A DNA stretch of 64,000 nucleotides from contig JBMFQE010000005.1 of the NCBI GenBank assembly GCA_049968755.1, positions 18,188 to 82,187 on the forward strand. The letters run 5' to 3'. Both the position numbers and the translations under genes were made by a program. Shown in pieces: positions 57,566 to 64,000 of the stretch. Below the pieces are notes generated by a model. It was not told where the DNA came from and ran no database searches. It worked only from the letters and a program-made list of their open reading frames with translations. Within the stretch, counting starts at the first letter, position 1, and each line of letters opens with the position of its first letter. Source of the stretch: Bacteroidales bacterium (GTDB lineage Bacteria; Bacteroidota; Bacteroidia; Bacteroidales; DTGW01).

Positions 57566-58405
57566 TCATTTTCGTGCATTGGGATTTATATTAGGCCAGA
57601 AACGCCATAATCCATCTTTGAATTTAAATCCGTCGTACGAGGCATCGGGACCGTAGTATTTGTAGTTGTTGGTGTATAACGGGCTCGAGGATGCCAGATG
57701 ATCGAAGACAATCATATCGAGCTTCTTATTGTAATGGATCGACATTTGCGCCATGATAGTATATTCAAAAATTATCCTCGATTGCACTTTCAACCCATAG
57801 TCGAATAATGGATAGCCAAACACAGGCTGCTGGTCGTCGGTAAACCAGAGGGTTTCGATGATTTTTTTGTTGGTAAAAAGGCTATTATTCAGGCAAGAAC
57901 CCAGCAGTATGTATACTTTTCGATCTTTGGCTTTTCGGGGGATTATTTCGTAATAAAGAGCTCCGTACCAGCGCTCGGGGGTGAATTGTTCGAAAACGGG
58001 ACGTTTATCGTACTGACGTGATACATCGTTTAGCGTAATTACCCGGCACTGTCGGTTTTTAGGAGGAAACTGGATAACCCCTGCAAACTGATGAGTACCA
58101 TCGGTGAGCGGGATATTGAAGGTAAACAGGTTGAACTGTTTATCGGGCGAATTAATTCTTCCAATATGTTTGGGTCGGGTATTTACATAAAAGGTAGTAT
58201 CGGCTTTCAACCATTCGGTAAGTAATTGCGTAATTTCACGTCCTAGATTTATACGATCCGTATCGGAGGGGAGATACAGCATCCGTCCCTGTAAGTCATT
58301 GATCTGCTGAATGTATCTACCCGTTTGACCAAACATGGTTCCACACCACAAAACTAAGGCCAGGATTCTCATATTTCTCATCATAAGCTTTTTTTCATTG
58401 TGCAA
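57566..58405 (-). CDS. hypothetical secreted protein
   Basis: Signal peptide (MRILALVLWCGTMFGQ). No motif recognised. Confidence 0.6.
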   Translation of the reverse strand: MHNEKKLMMRNMRILALVLWCGTMFGQTGRYIQQINDLQGRMLYLPSDTDRINLGREITQLLTEWLKADTTFYVNTRPKHIGRINSPDKQFNLFTFNIPLTDGTHQFAGVIQFPPKNRQCRVITLNDVSRQYDKRPVFEQFTPERWYGALYYEIIPRKAKDRKVYILLGSCLNNSLFTNKKIIETLWFTDDQQPVFGYPLFDYGLKVQSRIIFEYTIMAQMSIHYNKKLDMIVFDHLASSSPLYTNNYKYYGPDASYDGFKFKDGLWRFWPNINPNARK

Positions 58406-58507
58406 AATAAATCAATAACCTTAAGTTTGTCTCAATTTTTATTTCATAAGGATATACGTTTTATCGTACTCCATGGACAAAACTGTTTCATAATGTTGAA
58501 TATTGTA

Positions 58508-58515
58508 TATTTTTG
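58508..58515 (+). promoter_or_regulatory. candidate -7 promoter box (TATTTTTG) for gcvT
   Basis: Matches TAnnTTTG, 19 nt upstream of the ATG at 58534. Confidence 0.4.
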
Positions 58516-58533
58516 CAACTTTAAAGAAGATAA

Positions 58534-59661
58534 ATGGAAGAGCGTAATCAAGAATCATTAAAATTAACGCCTTTTAGCGAAATCCATCGTTTATTAGGGG
58601 CGCGGATGATGCCATTTGCAGGTTTTTTGATGCCAGTTGAATATTCGGGTATTACCGATGAGCACATTACCATACGTCGGGGAGTGGGAATTTTTGATGT
58701 ATCACACATGGGAGAAATATGGGTAAATGGACCGCATGCGCTCGAATTTTTACAGTATATCACTACCAACGATGTTTCGAAATTGTACGATGGTAGAGTT
58801 CAATATTCCTGCTTACCCAATGGTAAAGGGGGTATTGTAGACGATATTCTGGTTTATCGTTTTTCGGCCGAAAAATACCTGCTGGTAGTTAATGCTTCGA
58901 ATATTGAAAAAGATTGGCAGTGGCTCAACCAGCACAATAGGGTAGGGGTGGTGCTTGAGAATGTTTCGGATTCCATTGCCCAGCTTGCCATTCAGGGTCC
59001 CCTGGCTTCTAGGGTATTGCAGGAGCTTACCCCAGTTAAGCTGGACCAAATATCCTACTATCATTTTGAAGTAGGAACTTTTGCTGGTATTCCCGATGTA
59101 ATTATTTCGGCTACTGGTTATACGGGTGCTGGGGGGTTCGAGTTGTATTTCGATAAGCAGCATGCTGTTTCAATTTGGGAGGCTATTTTTAGGGCAGGAG
59201 AACCCTATGGCATCAAGCCTGCTGGGTTGGGTGCACGAGATACCCTTCGTCTCGAAATGGGCTACTGTCTTTATGGCAACGATATCGACGATACTACCTC
59301 CCCCATTGAGGCTAATCTTTCATGGATAGTCAAGTTTGCACCATACAAAAATTTTATCGATAAAGAGCTGTTGCAGAGTCAACAAATGAATGGAGTTAGC
59401 CGTCAGAGGGTAGGATTTAAGCTGATGGATAAAGGTATTCCACGGCATGGCTATATCGTAAAAAATGATGCAGGAGACACAATAGGGTTTGTCACCAGTG
59501 GAACCATGTCGCCCATCCTGAAGGAAGGCATTGGCATGGGGTATGTAGCATCAGCTTTTGCCCGACCGGGGCAGGAGATTTTTATTGAAATTCGTGGCAG
59601 GATGCTCAGGGCACAGATAGTGACAATGCCTTTTGTAGCATCGGGAGTGATGTTTAAGTAA
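58534..59661 (+). CDS. gcvT: glycine cleavage system aminomethyltransferase T
   Basis: GcvT family segments ([41 protein letters not shown]). Confidence 0.95.
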   Translation: MEERNQESLKLTPFSEIHRLLGARMMPFAGFLMPVEYSGITDEHITIRRGVGIFDVSHMGEIWVNGPHALEFLQYITTNDVSKLYDGRVQYSCLPNGKGGIVDDILVYRFSAEKYLLVVNASNIEKDWQWLNQHNRVGVVLENVSDSIAQLAIQGPLASRVLQELTPVKLDQISYYHFEVGTFAGIPDVIISATGYTGAGGFELYFDKQHAVSIWEAIFRAGEPYGIKPAGLGARDTLRLEMGYCLYGNDIDDTTSPIEANLSWIVKFAPYKNFIDKELLQSQQMNGVSRQRVGFKLMDKGIPRHGYIVKNDAGDTIGFVTSGTMSPILKEGIGMGYVASAFARPGQEIFIEIRGRMLRAQIVTMPFVASGVMFK

Positions 59662-59672
59662 AAAATAATAAA

Positions 59673-60446
59673 ATGCCCGGTAAACAGCCAATAGAAGTAT
59701 GCTTTTCCCCGGCCATGTACCATCGTTTTCATAATGATGAGGCCATTGTGGTGATTGTGGATATTCTTAGGGCTACCTCGGCTATTTGTACAGCCTTTAT
59801 GAATGGAGCTCTTCAGATTATCCCGGTACAGACGGTTGAAGAGGCGCGTCGATATAAGCAGAAGGGTTATCTGGTAGCTGCCGAGCGCGATGGCATCAAA
59901 TGCGATTTTGCAGATTTTGGAAACTCGCCGTTTAACTTTACAGAGGAAGTAGTAAGCAATAAAATTATTGTTTACAGCACCACCAATGGTACGCAAGCTG
60001 TACACATGGCCGAAAAATCGTATAAGGTAGTTGTGGGTTCTTTTCTAAATCTCAGCGCACTTACCGATTTTTTAGTGTATCATCGTCGGCCGGTTGTTAT
60101 TTTTTGTGCCGGATGGAAAGACCGTTTCAGTCTTGAGGATACAATTTTTGCTGGAGCATTGGTTGAAAAGTTAGTGCAGACAGGAAATTACCATACCATA
60201 TGCGATAGTGCTATTGCCTCCCTTGACTTGTGGTCGCTTGCAAAGCTCGATGTGTTAGCTTATATCGAAAAAGCTGCCCAGCGCCATCGCCTAAGGAAGA
60301 ACGGTCTTGACGATGTCCTCGAGTATTGCTTTACCCCCGACCTTATCCCGTTGGTGCCCGAATTTGCAAACAATGTGCTGGTAGTTGAAAAATATTGTGA
60401 AAATATTAACAATTTTTCCCAAAATGAAAATAAAATACGTAATTAA
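59673..60446 (+). CDS. comB: ComB-family (2-phosphosulfolactate phosphatase-like) Mg-dependent phosphatase
   Basis: Family pattern VVIVDILRATSAI, AAERDG...FGNSP, YSTTNGT and CAGWKDRFSLEDTIFAGAL. Confidence 0.8.
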   Translation: MPGKQPIEVCFSPAMYHRFHNDEAIVVIVDILRATSAICTAFMNGALQIIPVQTVEEARRYKQKGYLVAAERDGIKCDFADFGNSPFNFTEEVVSNKIIVYSTTNGTQAVHMAEKSYKVVVGSFLNLSALTDFLVYHRRPVVIFCAGWKDRFSLEDTIFAGALVEKLVQTGNYHTICDSAIASLDLWSLAKLDVLAYIEKAAQRHRLRKNGLDDVLEYCFTPDLIPLVPEFANNVLVVEKYCENINNFSQNENKIRN

Positions 60447-60450
60447 TCAT

Positions 60451-60458
60451 TACTTTTG
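60451..60458 (+). promoter_or_regulatory. candidate -7 promoter box (TACTTTTG) for serC-serA
   Basis: Matches TAnnTTTG, 50 nt upstream of the ATG at 60508. Confidence 0.35.
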
Positions 60459-60507
60459 GGGCAAAATTCGAATGATTAATCAAATAAGGAAAACAAAATA
60501 GATTTTT

Positions 60508-61578
60508 ATGAGAAAGCACAATTTTAATCCGGGTCCATCAATTTTACCGGAGTACACATTGGAACAAACGTCAAAGGCAGTTTTGGATTTGAATGGGATT
60601 GGGATGTCTATCCTTGAGATTTCGCATCGTAGCAAAGAGTTTGAAGCAATTTTGACTGAAACTCAACAATTATTTAAAGAATTATTAGGTATACCATCGG
60701 GCTATTCTATTCTGTTTTTAGGAGGAGGGGCAAGTTTACAATTTGCCATGATTCCTTATAACTTTCTGAATACAAAGGCAGCTTATTTAAATTCGGGTTC
60801 TTGGGCTAGCAAAGCCATGAAAGAAGCTAAATATTTTGGTGAAGTAATTGAAGTGGCTTCCTCAAAAGCCGATAATTATACCTACATTCCCAAAAACTAT
60901 GTTGTTCCCGACGACGTTGATTATTTTCACATTACCACCAACAACACGATATATGGCACAGAGCTTAAGAAAGATCCCGATGTGAAGGTTCCACTTTTTG
61001 CCGATGCATCGTCGGATATTCTGAGCCGTCCAATGGATGTATCGAAGTATGGGATTATTTATGGGGGGGCTCAGAAAAATCTGGGTCCTGCAGGGGTGGC
61101 CTTTGTGATTATAAAAAATGATTTACTTGCAAACATTAAACGTTCTATTCCGGCCATGCTCGATTATCGTCTGCATGTCGAAAACAATTCGCTCTACAAT
61201 ACACCACCTGTATTTGCCATCTTTGCCTGTCTTCAAACGCTTAAGTGGCTCAAATCGATTGGTGGGGTAGAGGCTATTCATAAGATTAACGTCGAAAAAG
61301 CACAGATGCTTTACGAGGAAATCGACCGTAACAAGCTATTCCGTTGTCCGGTGCGCGATGTTGAGGATCGCTCATTGATGAACGTATGTTTTGTGATGAA
61401 CGAGGAGTACAAAGAACTGGAAGCACCCTTCCTTGAATTTACGAAAACAAAGGGAATTGTTGGCATTAAAGGACATCGTTCAGTGGGCGGATTCAGGGCT
61501 TCTATTTACAATGCACTACCAAAAGAAAGCGTGGTTGCATTGATTGACGCAATGAAGGAATTTGAAGCAAAAAATTGA
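60508..61578 (+). CDS. serC: 3-phosphoserine/phosphohydroxythreonine aminotransferase
   Basis: NFNPGPS N-terminus, GGGASLQF, the PLP-lysine region [12 protein letters not shown], and C-terminal [15 protein letters not shown]. Confidence 0.95.
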   Translation: MRKHNFNPGPSILPEYTLEQTSKAVLDLNGIGMSILEISHRSKEFEAILTETQQLFKELLGIPSGYSILFLGGGASLQFAMIPYNFLNTKAAYLNSGSWASKAMKEAKYFGEVIEVASSKADNYTYIPKNYVVPDDVDYFHITTNNTIYGTELKKDPDVKVPLFADASSDILSRPMDVSKYGIIYGGAQKNLGPAGVAFVIIKNDLLANIKRSIPAMLDYRLHVENNSLYNTPPVFAIFACLQTLKWLKSIGGVEAIHKINVEKAQMLYEEIDRNKLFRCPVRDVEDRSLMNVCFVMNEEYKELEAPFLEFTKTKGIVGIKGHRSVGGFRASIYNALPKESVVALIDAMKEFEAKN

Positions 61579-61592
61579 AAAATGTAAGGGAT

Positions 61593-62519
61593 ATGAAAAC
61601 GGTTCTGGTAGCCACGGAAAAGCCTTTTGCCAGGGGGGCTGTGGAAAGTATTAAAAAAATTATCACGGACGCCGGTTTTCGGTTTCAACTGCTCGAAAAA
61701 TATACCTCGAAAGAGGATTTACTCAAAGCAGTAGCAGAGGTCAATGCCTTAATTATCAGGAGTGATATTGTGGATAAGGATGTTGTAGCCGCAGCGCCGA
61801 ATCTCGAGATTGTGGTTCGCGCCGGTGCCGGTTACGATAATATTGATCTGGCTGCCTGTTCCGAAAGAAAGATTGTGGCCATGAATACACCTGGCCAAAA
61901 TGCCAATGCTGTAGCCGAGCTTGTGTTTGGTATGCTGATCTACAAAATACGTAATCAGTTTGACGGATCTACGGGCACCGAACTGCGAGGGAAAACTTTA
62001 GGGATTTATGGTTATGGTTACATTGGTCGTTTGGTAGCCCAAATTGCCAACGGCTTTGGCATGCAAGTTTCAGCTTACGACCCCTTCGTGGATAAGGCTC
62101 TGATGGAAAAAGATGGTGTTAAAGCAGTGGATTCGGTTAAGGAACTATTTTCGGGTAATCAATATGTTACCTTGCACATCCCAGCTACCGAACAAACCAA
62201 ACGTTCGGTGGGTTTTGAGCTGTTTTCGCTGATGCCACAGGGGGCCTGCGTGGTCAATACCGCTCGCAAAGAGGTGATTGATGAAGATGGGTTGCTACAA
62301 GCTTTTGAAAAAAGAAACGATTTTATTTACTTGGCCGATGTTGCCCCCGATAATGCTTCAACTATTGCTGAAAAATATGCCGGTCGCTTCTTCTTTACCC
62401 CGAAAAAATGTGGTGCTCAGACCCATGAGGCAAATAATAATGCAGGTTTAGCTGCAGCCCGGCAAATTGTGGCCTTTTTCCAGCATGGGGATAGAACATT
62501 TCAGGTCAACAAATTCTGA
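61593..62519 (+). CDS. serA: D-3-phosphoglycerate dehydrogenase (short form, 2-hydroxyacid dehydrogenase family)
   Basis: NAD-binding GIYGYGYIGRLVA and catalytic-domain motifs. It is adjacent to serC. The ATG at 61593 is preferred over the TTG at 61575. Confidence 0.85.
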   Translation: MKTVLVATEKPFARGAVESIKKIITDAGFRFQLLEKYTSKEDLLKAVAEVNALIIRSDIVDKDVVAAAPNLEIVVRAGAGYDNIDLAACSERKIVAMNTPGQNANAVAELVFGMLIYKIRNQFDGSTGTELRGKTLGIYGYGYIGRLVAQIANGFGMQVSAYDPFVDKALMEKDGVKAVDSVKELFSGNQYVTLHIPATEQTKRSVGFELFSLMPQGACVVNTARKEVIDEDGLLQAFEKRNDFIYLADVAPDNASTIAEKYAGRFFFTPKKCGAQTHEANNNAGLAAARQIVAFFQHGDRTFQVNKF

Positions 62520-62547
62520 AATTGTTTTAAACTAATAAAATCAAGCC

Positions 62548-63003
62548 ATGGGACTCTTTGAAACCATTAACGACGACATCAAGGCTGCTATGCTGGCCAA
62601 AGAAAAAGAGAAACTCGAAGCCCTGAGAGCCATTAAAGCTGCTCTGCTGCTGGCTAAGACTGAAAAAGGGGCCTCTCACGATTTGACCCTCGAAACGGAA
62701 ATAAAAGTGCTGCAGCGAATGGTAAAGCAGCGTAAAGAATCGGCAGAGATTTACCATTCACAAAATCGCCCCGATCTGGCCGAAAAAGAACTCTTTGAAG
62801 CTTCGGTTATCGAACAGTATCTACCCGCTCAAATGTCGGCTGAAGAGTTAGAACAAGCCATTCGTGATATCGTCGGGCGTGTGGGCGCAAAATCTCCCGC
62901 TGATATGGGAAAGGTTATGGGTGTGGCCACTAAAGAACTGGCTGGAAAGGCCGAAGGAAAAACTATTGCAGAAACGGTAAAAAAAGTGCTGGCTTCGTTG
63001 TAA
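62548..63003 (+). CDS. yqeY: GatB/YqeY domain protein
   Basis: A ~150-aa protein with the typical N-terminus INDDIKAAMLAKEKEKLEALRAIKAA and the C-terminal KDMGKVMG-like segment. Confidence 0.85.
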   Translation: MGLFETINDDIKAAMLAKEKEKLEALRAIKAALLLAKTEKGASHDLTLETEIKVLQRMVKQRKESAEIYHSQNRPDLAEKELFEASVIEQYLPAQMSAEELEQAIRDIVGRVGAKSPADMGKVMGVATKELAGKAEGKTIAETVKKVLASL

Positions 63004-63010
63004 ATCAATG

Positions 63011-63223
63011 CTAACTATTGTTGGCTATGCTTTCAAGATACCTGATACCAAAGTAAATGTAAGTAGCCGAAAGCATTTCATCATCTTCCCCTTCTATCAC
63101 ATAATTTACTATCCCATGCCGCTTGTCCAATACCTGAACGGCATGGTTTTTTTCATCATATCGCAGCTGATAGGCCCCTTTGGTTATATTCAGCTTCGAT
63201 GCTTCTATAAGTTCCCGAAACAT
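63011..63223 (-). CDS. hypothetical small protein (70 aa)
   Basis: Of the two overlapping opposite-strand ORFs here, the minus-strand one has a balanced, charged composition. The plus-strand one is Phe/Ile/Tyr-rich, as expected for an AT-rich antisense frame. No motif recognised. Confidence 0.35.
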   Translation of the reverse strand: MFRELIEASKLNITKGAYQLRYDEKNHAVQVLDKRHGIVNYVIEGEDDEMLSATYIYFGIRYLESIANNS

Positions 63224-63380
63224 TTTTAAATCCTTTTACCCGAACTAAGTCGGCTCATGGTTGAGTTTGAGTAAAGGTAGGGATTATTTTAGTTTGACCT
63301 ATGCTGTTTGTCAAATTTTTGTCAACAGTTTTATTTTTGTTTTTCAACAAATAAAATCACACATTTCTAAGAAATAAGGG

Positions 63381-63573
63381 CTACTACCCTATGGATTCGT
63401 ACAAGAAAACATCCAATCATGTAATGGTTATCTACTAATATTCGACTCCTACGGGGTCGTTGGTTTGCGAATTTTCCATGCCCATTCATTGCATGGCATC
63501 CAATCATGTAATGGTTAGTTACAAAAATACTACCCCTACGGGGTCGTATGTTAAGTGGCCATGAAAAGGCATG
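63381..63573. repeat. tandem intergenic repeat (two good 88-bp-period units plus a degenerate leading unit)
   Basis: CATCCAATCATGTAATGGTTA occurs at 63410 and 63498. CCTACGGGGTCGT occurs at 63448 and 63535. A degenerate CTACCCTATGGATTCGT lies at 63384. The family member at 16511-16615 shares an exact 16-mer. Confidence 0.8.
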
Positions 63574-63690
63574 CCAACAACCCCAAATACCAACCCTATC
63601 CGAAATTGACTAAATCTGCCTTAGCATAGGATAAATGCGGCATATTTATCCTAACATTCGCATCAATTTAAAAATTACGATTGAATTGGC

Positions 63691-64000
63691 TTATTTGCCG
63701 ATGCAAAAGTTTTTAAAGATGTTACCCAATATCTCGTCTGTTGTGATGCTTCCTGAGATTGTTCCCATGTGATAGAGTACCTGTCTGAGTTCTTCGGCCA
63801 AAAGATCATTAGGTAGGCCCCTGTTAAGACCCTCGAGCATGCGCTTGGCAGCTTCTTGCGCATGGAGAAGTGCCTCATAATGTCGAACATTGGCTATGAT
63901 AGTACCCGACTCGATATGCTTCATGGATTTAATGCAGCTGAGCAGATAATCATGGATGCCAGCGATGTTGAGCTTATTTTTTGCTGAAATTGCAATCACC
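63691..64000 (-). CDS. mnmE: tRNA modification GTPase MnmE (TrmE), C-terminal part; gene continues beyond the window
   Basis: The C-terminal helical domain ends in the family-diagnostic ...ILGNIFKNFCIGK. The ORF is open to the window edge. Confidence 0.85.
   Translation of the reverse strand, partial: VIAISAKNKLNIAGIHDYLLSCIKSMKHIESGTIIANVRHYEALLHAQEAAKRMLEGLNRGLPNDLLAEELRQVLYHMGTISGSITTDEILGNIFKNFCIGK

Noticed and set aside
63381-63573. Possible CRISPR array, because of regularly spaced direct repeats.
   Set aside because: There are only two good units plus one degenerate unit. The repeats are ~50 bp with variable centres, and the spacer is related to the copy at 16.5 kb. No cas genes are in the window. 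It fits a repeat-element family better than CRISPR.
1-64000. Search for tRNA, rRNA, tmRNA, RNase P RNA, SRP RNA, transposases, integrases, phage or defence genes.
   Set aside because: All intergenic regions longer than 150 bp were read on both strands: 8.7, 16.4, 23.8, 27.3, 31.9, 43.9, 46.4, 52.9, 54.1 and 63.4 kb. I saw no cloverleaf-compatible sequence or conserved RNA boxes (e.g. the RNase P GAGGAAAGTCC, or the tmRNA tag region). No ORF shows DDE/tyrosine-recombinase or known defence motifs. Reading by eye has limited sensitivity, so tRNAscan-SE or Infernal should confirm.

Overview
This is a 64-kb chromosomal segment that looks like phylum Bacteroidota. Many start codons sit about 20-50 nt downstream of a TAnnTTTG -7 box. 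One gene carries a T9SS C-terminal sorting domain, many envelope genes encode lipoproteins, and the prs-ctc-pth and coaX-OMP-lptC gene orders are present. About 57 protein-coding genes are tightly packed, and most are housekeeping. They include der, dxr, rseP, era, ribD, prmC, tilS, metF, korAB, purL, fabD, mdh, prs, rplY, pth, coaX, lptC, gcvT, serC, serA and the 3' end of mnmE. By eye I found no rRNA, tRNA, CRISPR array, cas gene, transposase, integrase, phage gene or recognisable defence gene. One clear cis-regulatory RNA is present: a cobalamin riboswitch in front of a TonB-dependent receptor and a beta-propeller lipoprotein.

The observations most worth a second look are:
- A ~100-bp leader cassette is duplicated upstream of fabD and of a secreted CotH-like kinase. 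It contains a hairpin whose arm substitutions preserve RNA pairing.
- A four-gene operon ends in tilS by translational coupling. It encodes an 8-ankyrin-repeat/outer-membrane-barrel fusion, a small Cys-containing lipoprotein and an internally duplicated beta-helix-like lipoprotein.
- The qNOR nitric-oxide reductase gene has an in-frame TAA at codon 8. It faces a NapH-like polyferredoxin across a perfect 16-bp A/T palindrome.
- A ComB-family phosphatase is embedded in a gcvT-serC-serA cluster.
- A 1049-aa ABC protein has unassigned N- and C-terminal domains and a long leader rich in inverted repeats.
- A degenerate intergenic repeat family occurs at 16.5 kb and, in tandem, at 63.4 kb.

I cannot point to a clear new defence-type or mobile system. 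The hypotheses above are inferences from sequence reading only. No database search or folding computation was possible.
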